Source: an uncultured Erysipelotrichaceae bacterium | GTDB taxonomy: Bacteria; Bacillota_I; Bacilli_A; RFN20; CAG-826 | DNA: 64,000 nt | NCBI GenBank assembly: GCA_902797855.1 | Contig: CADBUI010000017.1 | Location: 6,560 to 70,559, forward strand | Direction: 5' to 3' | Shown: piece after piece, positions 10,115 to 20,830 of the stretch | Layout: each line of letters opens with the position of its first letter | Numbering within the stretch: the first letter of the stretch is position 1 | Position numbers and translations under genes: made by a program | The notes under the pieces: model-generated | Told to the model about the DNA's origin: nothing | Database searches by the model: none | What the model saw: only the letters and a program-made list of their open reading frames with translations

Positions 10115-10896
10115 TTTCTTTTACGGTTTTTCTTTTCGATAAAACGAGCTTCTTTACGTTTGATTTTATTAATGAGTCGCTTAGATACTAGACCATTATC
10201 AATTAAGGCGTTATAAAATCCTTCACGGTCATCATTTTTATATGCTTCAATTACTGGTTTTACTCTTTCCACAATGTGGTTTGTTGCAGGTTTATGCATA
10301 TATTTATCAAATAAGGCGATTTTCGCGTCTAAACGACCCTCTATGTTAATAACATAAAGAGATTGGAAGTCATAATGGTAGACCACCATTATTTCTTCGT
10401 CTTGATAAACATTCACAAATTTTGTGAAAAGTGAGTTATATAGTGAGAAGTTATAAGCTTCAAATAAATCGATACAACTGCTATCAAAATTTTTGATTAA
10501 GGAATTATATGGGGATTGAAGAAGTTTCCCATAATCTTTGAAATATAAAAGATTAATGGCCCTAGTGAATATAGGAACATAAATCTTGTTACTTCCGTCT
10601 TCAATATAAGGAAGATCGTTCATTTGAGAATGAATATATTCAATCGCTTCTTCAGTTTTCATCTTAGATGAAACAAAAGCGTATTCAATCGCCTTATCTA
10701 GTCTAGCTTTATTAAGTAAAGAGTGAATAACAATATTCGCTCTAATAAGTTCAAATTCATCAGATGGATTAAGTAAAAAGCGATACATTTCTAAATTGAG
10801 CAAGAGATTTCTATGCTCAAGAAAAAAATAGTAATCATCTCTTTTTTTAAAGTTATGATGCTTTTGATATTTTGAAAGATAGAAATAAGTCTTCAT
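10111..10896 (-). CDS. hypothetical protein with a basic C-terminal tail
   Basis: 261-aa ORF. Its 3' end overlaps the mtaB start by 4 nt (ATGA). No motif recognised. The C-terminus is KRKEARFIEKKNRKRK. Confidence 0.6.
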   Translation of the reverse strand: MKTYFYLSKYQKHHNFKKRDDYYFFLEHRNLLLNLEMYRFLLNPSDEFELIRANIVIHSLLNKARLDKAIEYAFVSSKMKTEEAIEYIHSQMNDLPYIEDGSNKIYVPIFTRAINLLYFKDYGKLLQSPYNSLIKNFDSSCIDLFEAYNFSLYNSLFTKFVNVYQDEEIMVVYHYDFQSLYVINIEGRLDAKIALFDKYMHKPATNHIVERVKPVIEAYKNDDREGFYNALIDNGLVSKRLINKIKRKEARFIEKKNRKRK

Positions 10897-10899
10897 CGC

Positions 10900-11619
10900 T
10901 TATTTCCTTTCTAAATAACTACCGATTACGCTTAAAGCGTAAATAGAAGCAGTTTCCGCTCTAAGAATTCTTTTTCCAAGAGAAACGCACTTATAACCTA
11001 AGTCCTCAAGGAAAGCTATTTCATCATTTTCAAATCCGCCCTCTGGACCGATAAGTATGGCAAGTTTCTTACCTTTTTCAAGTGACTTAATTCCTTCTAA
11101 GAATGACTTAGTGGTTCCTGAAACATTTTCATAAGCGACAAGCTTAATATCAGCTTTAACCTCTTTAACGCGGTCAAGAGTGACAATTCTATTAATTGTT
11201 GGAATGCGTAGACGCTTAGATTGCTCACTAGCTTCTTTAGCGATTCTACGATATCTTTCAAATTTGAAATCTTTATCGAGCTTTTTTACCTTCACGATCG
11301 TGCGATTAGTTAAAGCAAAAACAATTTCACTGACACCTAACTCAGTCGCCTTTTGAATGACATAATCAAGTTTATCTCCTTTTAGGAGAGCACATATTAA
11401 AATGATTTGATTTGGAAGTTCATGATCTTCTTTAATTAGTCCAATAACATCAATCATTACTGGTTTAATGCTTTTAATTTCGGCTTCATAAAGTCTACCA
11501 TCACTAACAACTTCAATTTTATCGCCGATTTTGCAGCGCATTACTTTGACTATATGAAAAATGTCATCTTCTTCTAAGATGACGTGTTTATCAACAATGC
11601 GACCAAAGTATCTTTGCAT
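10900..11619 (-). CDS. rsmE: 16S rRNA (uracil1498-N3)-methyltransferase RsmE
   Basis: 239 aa. PUA-like N-domain and SPOUT C-domain with GPEGGF. Its position matches B. subtilis yqeU. Confidence 0.88.
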   Translation of the reverse strand: MQRYFGRIVDKHVILEEDDIFHIVKVMRCKIGDKIEVVSDGRLYEAEIKSIKPVMIDVIGLIKEDHELPNQIILICALLKGDKLDYVIQKATELGVSEIVFALTNRTIVKVKKLDKDFKFERYRRIAKEASEQSKRLRIPTINRIVTLDRVKEVKADIKLVAYENVSGTTKSFLEGIKSLEKGKKLAILIGPEGGFENDEIAFLEDLGYKCVSLGKRILRAETASIYALSVIGSYLERK

Positions 11620-12053
11620 TATCTTAAGAATTCTCCATCTGCGTCCACTAAATCATGTCTAAATAGATATGATAAACCTGCAAAAATCATGACAAGTTCA
11701 ATAGCAAAATAAAATACAAGATAGGCGAGTGGAGATTGCCATGCAGTAAAGAATATGGCCGATCCAACTCCACCAATAAGAACTAAACTCACTAAGATAG
11801 CGATAAGTCCTCTTCTTTTATGGCCTAAATAAAAATCAGCGACTCCAAAAACACCTAAGAAAATATAAAGTAAGCAAGCAGTTATTTTTTTGCGATGTTT
11901 AACAACATCATCTTCCTTAATTGCACTGAAAGCTTTCGTTAAATCTTCAGTAGAATTATCCACTCCTTCAAGTGGTTTTAGTCCACCACAAAATGGACAG
12001 ACATCTTTATCAAGTCGAGAAATTAATTCATCACAATATTTACATCTAGGCAT
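11619..12053 (-). CDS. zinc-ribbon / TM2-domain membrane protein
   Basis: N-terminal CKYC...CPFCG ribbon. TM2-type block GVFGVADFYLGHKRRG followed by further helices. Confidence 0.7.
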   Translation of the reverse strand: MPRCKYCDELISRLDKDVCPFCGGLKPLEGVDNSTEDLTKAFSAIKEDDVVKHRKKITACLLYIFLGVFGVADFYLGHKRRGLIAILVSLVLIGGVGSAIFFTAWQSPLAYLVFYFAIELVMIFAGLSYLFRHDLVDADGEFLR

Positions 12054-12119
12054 AGTTTTTACCTAATAAAGTATAGCACGACTAATCACATTTACAATGT
12101 AATTATTAGATAAAATTCA

Positions 12120-12148
12120 AAAGAAAAAGAGCCTTGAAACCAAGACTC
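12120..12148 (-). terminator. rho-independent terminator after the deaminase gene
   Basis: Minus strand reads GAGTCTTGGTTTCAAGGCTC (one mismatch) followed by TTTTTCTTTT. Confidence 0.65.
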
Positions 12149-12161
12149 TAATCTAAACTAA

Positions 12162-12620
12162 TTAATAAGCTGTTTTATCCTTGATGGATTTATATTCTGC
12201 GTATAACTTTAAGCAAGCTTTACGGTCAAGTTCTTTAACCATTTCATTTCTTTCTTCTTCAGTCATATCGTAGAACTTTTTATCTCTAAATCCGATATCT
12301 TCAGTATCAACAATATTACATCCGTAATATACTTTGTCGATATTTGCCCAAAGGATTGCGGCCATACACATTGGACAAGGTTCGCCAGTCGTGTAGAGTT
12401 CACAACCACTTAAATCAAATGTTCCAAGTGTCTTGCATGCTTTATGAATCGCCATCATTTCTCCATGGCAGGTTGGATCATTATTTTTCACAACTTGGTT
12501 ATGACCTTTTCCAACAACTACACCATCTTTAACGATGACTGCACCAAAAGGACCACCATGACCAGCTCTAATACCTTTACGAGCTTCGTGGATAGCCATT
12601 TTCATATATTTATTCATCAT
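12162..12620 (-). CDS. guaD: CDA-fold deaminase, guanine deaminase (GuaD)-like
   Basis: 152 aa. GGPFGAVIVKDG, CHGEMMAI, EPCPMCMAAILWA and a GFRDKKFY C-terminal block resemble B. subtilis GuaD more than TadA. Confidence 0.7.
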   Translation of the reverse strand: MMNKYMKMAIHEARKGIRAGHGGPFGAVIVKDGVVVGKGHNQVVKNNDPTCHGEMMAIHKACKTLGTFDLSGCELYTTGEPCPMCMAAILWANIDKVYYGCNIVDTEDIGFRDKKFYDMTEEERNEMVKELDRKACLKLYAEYKSIKDKTAY

Positions 12621-12677
12621 AATTATGCCCTCGGATAAATTGTATCACTTTAGTGAAATTAATTTAATTAATAACTT

Positions 12678-12706
12678 AACAAAAGAAAAGACCGACAAAG
12701 TCGGTC
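12678..12706 (-). terminator. rho-independent terminator after dnaJ
   Basis: Minus strand reads GACCGACTTTGTCGGTC followed by TTTTCTTTT. Confidence 0.8.
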
Positions 12707-12712
12707 AATCTT

Positions 12713-13849
12713 CTATAATTTGAATTTCTTTTTGAATTTATCAAATAGTGATTCGCCTTTCTTTTCGGTCTGGCGGTATTTTTCAAGAAGTTCTTTTTGC
12801 TCTTTAGTGAGCTTGCTTGGAGTTTCAATCTTAACGTGGATATATTCATCTCCAGGAGTGCCCTTACGCATATCTTTAATGCCGCGTCCTTTAAGTCTAA
12901 GAAGAGCGTTTGGTTGAGTTCCTTCAGGAATCTTAACTTCCACTTCTCCATAAACAGTAGGAACATCGATGGTAACACCTAAACAGGCATCCACAAATGA
13001 AATTGGTATTTCGATATGAATATCGTTTCCATCACGCTTAAAGTGTTCATGAGGTGAAATAACAATCTCGACATATAAGTCGCCGTTTTCTCCACCTAGT
13101 CTACCTCTTCCACCTTTTCCTTTAAGGCGAATTTGTTGACCAGCGTTAATACCAGCAGGGACATTAACTTCAACATCACGTTTAACGTGTTTGTAGCCTT
13201 TTCCACCGCATTCTGGACATTTATCAGTGACGACTTTACCAGTTCCACCACACTCTGGACAGACAGATTGATTTTCCATCATTCCAAAGAGTGTTCTTTG
13301 TTGAGTGCGAATATACCCTGTTCCTCCACAACGTGAACATGTATGGACATCGTTTGGAGTCTTCGCTCCTGTGCCATGACACTTTTCACAAGTTTCATCA
13401 TAGCTAACTGGAATCGTAATCTTTTTACCAAGGATAGCGTCCATAAATCCGATGCGTACTCTCATAAGAGAGTCGTCTCCTCTTTGTGGACCACTTGATT
13501 GTCTTTGACGAGGACCTCCACCAAAGAAAGAAGAGAAGATATCGTTTAGATTTATATCTCCAAAACCTTGGCCAGAGAAACCACTGCCACTGAATGGATT
13601 TCCTGCTCCACCAGTGGATGCACCTTGTTCAAAGGCTGCCATACCAAATTGATCATACATTTGGCGTTTATTATCATCAAAAAGGACATCATAGGCTTCT
13701 TGGACTTCTTTAAATTTTTCTTCAGCGCCTGGTTCTTTATTGATATCTGGGTGATATTTTTTTGCTAATTTACGATAAGCTGACTTAATATCATCTTTAG
13801 ATGCGCCCTTTTTTAGTCCAAGGACTTCATAATAATCTCGTTTGGCCAT
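12713..13849 (-). CDS. dnaJ: chaperone DnaJ
   Basis: J-domain HPD (KKYHPDINK), a G/F-rich linker and four CxxCxGxG repeats. Confidence 0.97.
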   Translation of the reverse strand: MAKRDYYEVLGLKKGASKDDIKSAYRKLAKKYHPDINKEPGAEEKFKEVQEAYDVLFDDNKRQMYDQFGMAAFEQGASTGGAGNPFSGSGFSGQGFGDINLNDIFSSFFGGGPRQRQSSGPQRGDDSLMRVRIGFMDAILGKKITIPVSYDETCEKCHGTGAKTPNDVHTCSRCGGTGYIRTQQRTLFGMMENQSVCPECGGTGKVVTDKCPECGGKGYKHVKRDVEVNVPAGINAGQQIRLKGKGGRGRLGGENGDLYVEIVISPHEHFKRDGNDIHIEIPISFVDACLGVTIDVPTVYGEVEVKIPEGTQPNALLRLKGRGIKDMRKGTPGDEYIHVKIETPSKLTKEQKELLEKYRQTEKKGESLFDKFKKKFKL

Positions 13850-13910
13850 ATTTCTCCTTTCTTTAGTTAAAGTGAGGGGGCAAAATGCCCCTTCACTACC
13901 ATATAATTAA

Positions 13911-15728
<1,818 letters not shown>

Positions 15729-15745
15729 TTATTTTCTCCTTTTAT

Positions 15746-16282
15746 TTATGCGTCCTTATTAGGTACGTTGTTTTCTTCTTTTTTAGGTTTGCCGCTTACA
15801 ACGACAATCGCTGGGCGAATTAAGTGTTCGTGAAGTTTATAGCCTTTAACTTTAACTTCAAGAACTGTGTTATCTTTTTGCTCGCTTTCTCTTGTTTCAA
15901 TCGCTTGCATGAATAATGGATCAAATAGGTCGCCCACCTTTGGTGAATATTCTTGTACACCCTCATTTTCAAGCACGCTTACAAGATTACGATAGATGTA
16001 TTCGAAGCCAACTAGGAAGTTTTTCATTTCTTCAGATTTAGCTTCATTTTGAAGAGCGAAGTGGAAGCTATCTAAGATTGGGATAAGTTCTTCAACGAAT
16101 CCTTCTACACGATACTTAATGGCTTCTTTATGATCTTTCTCCACTGCTTTACGGAGATTTTGCATATCCGCATAAGCACGGTAGTATTCATTTTTCCAAT
16201 GTTCTAAATCAGCTTTAAGTTTCTCAGTCTCGTTAACTTCAACTTTGTTTTCACTTTCAACTTTGTTTTTCTTTTCTTTCAC
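15746..16282 (-). CDS. grpE: nucleotide exchange factor GrpE
   Basis: Lies between hrcA and dnaK. GrpE-like coiled coil (LEHWKNEYYRAYADMQNLRK) plus a beta domain. The ORF-track start at 16339 falls inside hrcA. GTG at 16282, preceded by AAGGA, is the likelier start. The exact start remains uncertain. Confidence 0.85.
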   Translation of the reverse strand: MKEKKNKVESENKVEVNETEKLKADLEHWKNEYYRAYADMQNLRKAVEKDHKEAIKYRVEGFVEELIPILDSFHFALQNEAKSEEMKNFLVGFEYIYRNLVSVLENEGVQEYSPKVGDLFDPLFMQAIETRESEQKDNTVLEVKVKGYKLHEHLIRPAIVVVSGKPKKEENNVPNKDA

Positions 16283-17321
16283 TACTATGATCCTTATCCT
16301 TTCTTTCAGTTTTACTGAAGTATTTCTCAAGTTCCTCAATTAGATACTCCATATTTGAGACAACTCTATCGTAGTCCATACGTTTAGGACCAACGATAGC
16401 GATGCTTCCTTCTTTGCGTCCTGGAACACTGATTTTAGCAGTGACAATTGAGACATCTTCATCGTTAGATGATTCTCCACCGATATGAACGGCGATATCA
16501 TCATCGACATCATGAGTGTCTTCTTCGAGGACTTCTCTGAAGGTTGTTGGTGAATCAAATAATTCGAGGAGCTTTTTAATTTTTTCAGCATCGTGAGCGA
16601 ACTCAGGTTGTTCGAAGAGTTCACCTTGACCATAGGTCGAGAGTCTATCTTTAGCGAATCCGATGAATGCTTCCATCATCGCTTGATAGACGACATCATG
16701 ATCAACGATGTATTCAGAGAGGAGAGGTTTAATCGCTTGCATCTTTGGAACAAGTTCCGAGATGGATGTACCTTTAAGTCTTTCGTTTAAGAGTTTGACA
16801 CAACCTTCGATATCTTCAGGTTTATGTTTTTCATCTAAGACAAATGTCTTATTTTCAACATATCCTTGGTTAGTGACAAATACGCATGTCGCAGAGTTTT
16901 CACTGATAGGAACAATTTGAACACTGACGAGCTTTTCTTCTGATGCGTTTGGACCTAAGACGATACTAGCTAAATTAGTCATCTCAGAAAGAATTTCACA
17001 GGATTGCTTAATTACTTCATCAATGGATTGAATCTTTTCTTGAAGAATATTGGTAACACGGTATTTAAATTCTTCATCAACACTTCTTTCGCGTAGGTGT
17101 TCAATATAATATCGATAACCTTTACTAGAAGGAACACGTCCACTTGAAGTATGTGTTTTCTCAAGAAGTCCATCTTGCTCAAGAGCGTTCATTTCAGAAC
17201 GAATTGTCGCAGAAGAATAATCTAGACCATATTCATCGATGAGCGTCTGAGAACCAACAGGTTCAGCATGCTTAATGAAGTATTCAACAATGAGTTTTAG
17301 TACTTTATCACGGCGATTCAT
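16257..17321 (-). CDS. hrcA: heat-inducible transcription repressor HrcA
   Basis: N-terminal winged helix (RRDKVLKLIVEYFIKHAEPVGSQTL) and first gene of hrcA-grpE-dnaK-dnaJ. The start was set to ATG 17321 (GGAGG 5 nt upstream). The longer ORF would read through the CIRCE operator. Confidence 0.92.
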   Translation of the reverse strand: MNRRDKVLKLIVEYFIKHAEPVGSQTLIDEYGLDYSSATIRSEMNALEQDGLLEKTHTSSGRVPSSKGYRYYIEHLRERSVDEEFKYRVTNILQEKIQSIDEVIKQSCEILSEMTNLASIVLGPNASEEKLVSVQIVPISENSATCVFVTNQGYVENKTFVLDEKHKPEDIEGCVKLLNERLKGTSISELVPKMQAIKPLLSEYIVDHDVVYQAMMEAFIGFAKDRLSTYGQGELFEQPEFAHDAEKIKKLLELFDSPTTFREVLEEDTHDVDDDIAVHIGGESSNDEDVSIVTAKISVPGRKEGSIAIVGPKRMDYDRVVSNMEYLIEELEKYFSKTERKDKDHSSERKEKQS

Positions 17322-17334
17322 ATTAACCTCCTTT

Positions 17335-17361
17335 TTGGCACTCACTTTTAAGGAGTGCTAA
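17335..17361 (-). promoter_or_regulatory. CIRCE operator (proximal) of the hrcA operon
   Basis: TTGGCACTC-N9-GAGTGCTAA compared with the consensus TTAGCACTC-N9-GAGTGCTAA. Confidence 0.9.
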
Positions 17362-17365
17362 CATT

Positions 17366-17393
17366 ATTATAAATTCATTTTTGGCACTGTCAA
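17366..17393 (-). promoter_or_regulatory. sigma-A type promoter of the hrcA operon
   Basis: Minus strand reads TTGACA (17393-17388), 16 nt, TATAAT (17371-17366). The -35 box lies inside the distal CIRCE-like repeat. Confidence 0.75.
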
Positions 17394-17407
17394 CACTTAA
17401 GTGCTAA
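17381..17407 (-). promoter_or_regulatory. CIRCE-like operator (distal) of the hrcA operon
   Basis: TTGGCACTG-N9-AAGTGCTAA inverted repeat. Confidence 0.75.
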
Positions 17408-17438
17408 AAAATAAAATAAAAAACACCCGAAAGTGTTT
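17408..17438 (-). terminator. rho-independent terminator after the sugar transferase gene
   Basis: Minus strand reads AAACACTTTCGGGTGTTT followed by TTTATTTTATTTTTT. Confidence 0.7.
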
Positions 17439-17471
17439 AATATTTATTTTAGTTCAAAGAACTAGTTTATT

Positions 17472-18092
17472 TTATTGTGCTCCTTTTCGAGAGAAGACAA
17501 CACCGATAGTTTTGAAGAAAATTTTGATGTCTAATCCAATGGATGCGTGCTCAACATAGTAAACTTCAAGCTTGACACGTTCATCGTAATCTGTGACTTC
17601 ACTACGACCATTAACAGCCCAATATCCAGTGAGTCCTGGTTTAACGCTTGTGACAACATCTTTTTGATCTTTGAACTTCTCAAGTTCTTCCTTAATAACT
17701 GGACGCGGACCAATAAAGGACATTTGACCGATGAAAATATTAAAGAGCTGTGGAAGTTCGTCCAAAGATGTTTTACGCAAGAATTTGCCGAATTTAGTGA
17801 GTCTAGGGTCATTTGTGACCTTGTAGGTCGCTAGATATTCTTCGTATTGTTCCTTAGTTAGTTGTTCTTTGATTGGACGCTTATCCATTTTCATTGAACG
17901 GAATTTAATCATGTTAAATATCTTTTGGTTCTTTCCAACTCTTTTATGGAGATAGAAAATTGGGAAACCTGACATAATCACTTGAATAATTCCAATGATG
18001 ATAAAAACAGGAATAAGGAAACCAATTCCTAAAAAGGAAAAGATGATATCAAACATTCTTTTAAAGAAATAATAGCCTCTTTTCTTTTTCAT
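17472..18092 (-). CDS. polyprenyl-phosphate sugar phosphotransferase (bacterial sugar transferase family)
   Basis: 206 aa. One N-terminal TM helix, then SLDELPQLFNIFIGQMSFIGPRP. Confidence 0.85.
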   Translation of the reverse strand: MKKKRGYYFFKRMFDIIFSFLGIGFLIPVFIIIGIIQVIMSGFPIFYLHKRVGKNQKIFNMIKFRSMKMDKRPIKEQLTKEQYEEYLATYKVTNDPRLTKFGKFLRKTSLDELPQLFNIFIGQMSFIGPRPVIKEELEKFKDQKDVVTSVKPGLTGYWAVNGRSEVTDYDERVKLEVYYVEHASIGLDIKIFFKTIGVVFSRKGAQ

Positions 18093-18095
18093 TTT

Positions 18096-20828
18096 TTACC
18101 TCTTTTTCTTAATGATTAAGAAATAGACAAGGAGGAAGCCTCCTGCAAAGACCGCTGTTCCAAAGATGACAATAAGAAGAATTGGCATCACTTGTCCTGC
18201 TCCACTACCATTAGTGCCATTATTGATATCAATGTTACTATCTTGATTTGTGTCATTTCCTGGACCAACAGGAGTATCTGGAGAGGATGGATTCACGACA
18301 TGAATAACAAAGCTTGATGTTAATCCATGATTAGAAACTGTGACTGATACATCTCCAACACTGTTAAAGACATAATTAGCGATATCACTAACCTGGCTAC
18401 CACCGATATAGAAAGTTAAATCACTAGCAGTTAAATCAACGCTTGTTGAATCTGAATAATATAATTTTGCACTAACTTTAGACAAATCTAATTTGCCACC
18501 TTTAAGGATATTATCACCTGAATAAGTTGCAACTAAACTTGTTGCAATGACAGGTGCTTCTCCAACAGTGATTTCGCATGTTGCGGATACACCCGCATCA
18601 TAGCTAGCAGTTAAAGTAGCAGTTCCTTCTTTAATAGCGTTAACTGTGACTGATTTATCTTCAATATCATCTAGTTGAATAACTGTCTCATCACTGATGC
18701 TCCAAGAAACAACGCCATCACCAAGAAGTGTGGTTGCTTCGATAGATTCGGATTGTCCATTAACTAAAGTTAACACGGTTTTATCTAAACCAATCTTAGG
18801 ATCTCCAGCTACACTTTGACTTGCCTTAAATAAGGTAATTGGTTGTTGGCCGGAACTATAGTATCTAAATAGACCACCACTAGCGGTGTTGTATCTAAGC
18901 ACCTTTCCATTATGAGTTATTGTAGCTGAACCATCACTAACAGAAATAGTTGTCTCTAATGGAGATTCGCTTGTAGTTAAGGTGTTACTTGAACCACTAC
19001 CAATATACATATCATTTGTGCCTTTAATCGCGTAATTTGAACCAGATTTGACTATGTCAAAATATTTATTTTCAGTATGTTCAATCTTTCCACTACTAAC
19101 TGAAGCAGTAAAGTGATTTGATGAGGCTGGACCTGGATTACTTCCATCTAAAACTGTCGCGCTTGTTTCACTCGCATTTGTAATTAAGTATCTTCCTGAA
19201 AAATCAGTTAGATTACTTGTAACTTTTTCGAATGTTGTAGATGAACCACCTTCATAGACTTGAACAGTTAATGATGTGGATGCTTTAAGGACACTACCTT
19301 GATAGGCTTTAACAGTGATACTTGTACTTCCTGCTGCTATTGCAGAAACTGTTCCTTCAGTATCGACTGTAGCAATACTTGGGTTACCTGATTCATATGT
19401 ATAAGTTGGATGAGGATACGCATTAGATGGAACAATTGAACTTATAGTTACACTTGCACTACCATCTTTAGCTATAAGAGCAGGTGAAATGGATGCGTTA
19501 ATAGCTGTTACATCAACGTTTGTAGGTTCACCTACAATGACAGCACATGAACCAGAAACACTTGTGTCATAAGTACTTGTAGCAGTTATCGTTGCTGTTC
19601 CCACTCCAACAGCGGTAACTAAACCTGTGCTAGAAACAGTAGCAACACTTGGGTTTGAAGAGCTCCAATTAACTGTTTGAGCTGCACCACCAGAAACACT
19701 AACTGTAGCGGTTAATTGCTCAGTTGAAGCGAGTGTTAAATTTAAAACATCTGGAGAAACAGTTACTGAATCAACTGTTGGACTAGTGCTACCTTTGCCC
19801 CATGTATATTCTGTTCCACCCCAAATCTTATTCGCCCAACCTGGGTGATCGATAAATGGGTTTCTATTCTTTTGCTTGGAAGCGTACACAGCGTTATTTC
19901 TATCAATTTCTTTTTGTGAAACTGGGTCTTGATTAGACCACTTTGTTAATAAATTAACATAGTAAGGTTTCATAGTGGAAACACCACCACTATAAGTGAA
20001 ACAATACTGAGCATCACCATCTTGCGTTAAATTCCAGTTATAATAAGCAACCGCCATATACATTTGTGCACGAGCAAAGTCACCTTTATAGGCGTCATCT
20101 GGCTCATATACAACAGCGCTCATTCCGCTTGTGGAGCTTGGTCCAAGTTTTCCAAATGGAGTAGCTTTTGCTCCTTGTATTCCTTTTGTCCAAGATTGGT
20201 TTGGTGAAGATACTTCGCCAAAAGCATAGTTGCTGCGTAATCCATTTACTTTCCCATCTGTGTTAAATAAGTGGTTTGGATCTGTTCCAGGAATAGTATT
20301 AGCATTAGAATCGCCAAACCAAGATTTTGGGAAAGAGTGCTCGCGATTGTATTTGTCTCCAACATATGTATAATTTCCGGCTCTATCGCCAGGAGAATTC
20401 CAATTTTTATTAGAATACATATCCCATAGTTTTCCACGCTTAGACTCATTATCTGTGGTTGGATATGCATTTCCGGTTAATGAATCTACGCCATTATAAT
20501 CATTTGGATAACAGTCATGCTCTTCATTAAATGTCCAAATATTTGAGTAACCAAAGGCAGTAGATGGTTTAATAAGATCATTCAACTTTTCTAATAAAGT
20601 AGTTCCACCAGCACTAACAGCGGAATCGCCAACGTTAGAAGCATTGTAATAATCACCAGAATAATATTTATACTCGTCACTTTTGTAACCATTATTGGTC
20701 CATGTGTCACTATCAGCTTTTACTTCAAATGATTTTGTAGTAGCACCATTGGTAAACAAAGATGCCCCAGTAGCGAAAATCATCCCAAGGGATGCAAAAA
20801 TACTAGTTAACAAAAATCTTTTTTTCAT
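18096..20828 (-). CDS. surface-anchored endonuclease I family nuclease with Big_2-like repeats and a C-terminal TM anchor
   Basis: 910 aa with a signal/TM N-terminus. Endonuclease-I motifs NREHSFPKSWF, DPNHLFNTDGKVNGLRSNYAFG, KGDFARAQMYMAVAY and NRNPFIDHP. Three Ig-like repeats (for example TATITATSTYDTSVSGSCAVIV) and a C-terminal helix ILLIVIFGTAVFAGGFLLVYFLIIKKKR. Confidence 0.85.
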   Translation of the reverse strand: MKKRFLLTSIFASLGMIFATGASLFTNGATTKSFEVKADSDTWTNNGYKSDEYKYYSGDYYNASNVGDSAVSAGGTTLLEKLNDLIKPSTAFGYSNIWTFNEEHDCYPNDYNGVDSLTGNAYPTTDNESKRGKLWDMYSNKNWNSPGDRAGNYTYVGDKYNREHSFPKSWFGDSNANTIPGTDPNHLFNTDGKVNGLRSNYAFGEVSSPNQSWTKGIQGAKATPFGKLGPSSTSGMSAVVYEPDDAYKGDFARAQMYMAVAYYNWNLTQDGDAQYCFTYSGGVSTMKPYYVNLLTKWSNQDPVSQKEIDRNNAVYASKQKNRNPFIDHPGWANKIWGGTEYTWGKGSTSPTVDSVTVSPDVLNLTLASTEQLTATVSVSGGAAQTVNWSSSNPSVATVSSTGLVTAVGVGTATITATSTYDTSVSGSCAVIVGEPTNVDVTAINASISPALIAKDGSASVTISSIVPSNAYPHPTYTYESGNPSIATVDTEGTVSAIAAGSTSITVKAYQGSVLKASTSLTVQVYEGGSSTTFEKVTSNLTDFSGRYLITNASETSATVLDGSNPGPASSNHFTASVSSGKIEHTENKYFDIVKSGSNYAIKGTNDMYIGSGSSNTLTTSESPLETTISVSDGSATITHNGKVLRYNTASGGLFRYYSSGQQPITLFKASQSVAGDPKIGLDKTVLTLVNGQSESIEATTLLGDGVVSWSISDETVIQLDDIEDKSVTVNAIKEGTATLTASYDAGVSATCEITVGEAPVIATSLVATYSGDNILKGGKLDLSKVSAKLYYSDSTSVDLTASDLTFYIGGSQVSDIANYVFNSVGDVSVTVSNHGLTSSFVIHVVNPSSPDTPVGPGNDTNQDSNIDINNGTNGSGAGQVMPILLIVIFGTAVFAGGFLLVYFLIIKKKR

Positions 20829-20830
20829 TT

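Noticed and set aside
12676-12978. 100-aa minus-strand ORF overlapping the dnaJ 3' end, plus the plus-strand ORFs at 12720-12982
   Set aside because: These are alternative frames inside the well-supported dnaJ gene, and they run through the dnaJ terminator hairpin.
16257-17345. Longer N-terminal extensions offered by the ORF track (hrcA 17345, rpsU 7898, comEA 37725, TIR gene 58987, SPFH gene 60163, lipoprotein 48994, hemW 23481, nuclease 21961, grpE 16339)
   Set aside because: In each case an internal start with a proper Shine-Dalgarno sequence gives the canonical N-terminus. The extension would also overlap an operator, a promoter or the upstream gene.
18096-20828. Internal nucleotide-level tandem repeats in the large nuclease gene
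   Set aside because: The repetition is at the protein-domain level (divergent Ig-like repeats). No near-identical DNA repeats suggestive of phase variation were seen.
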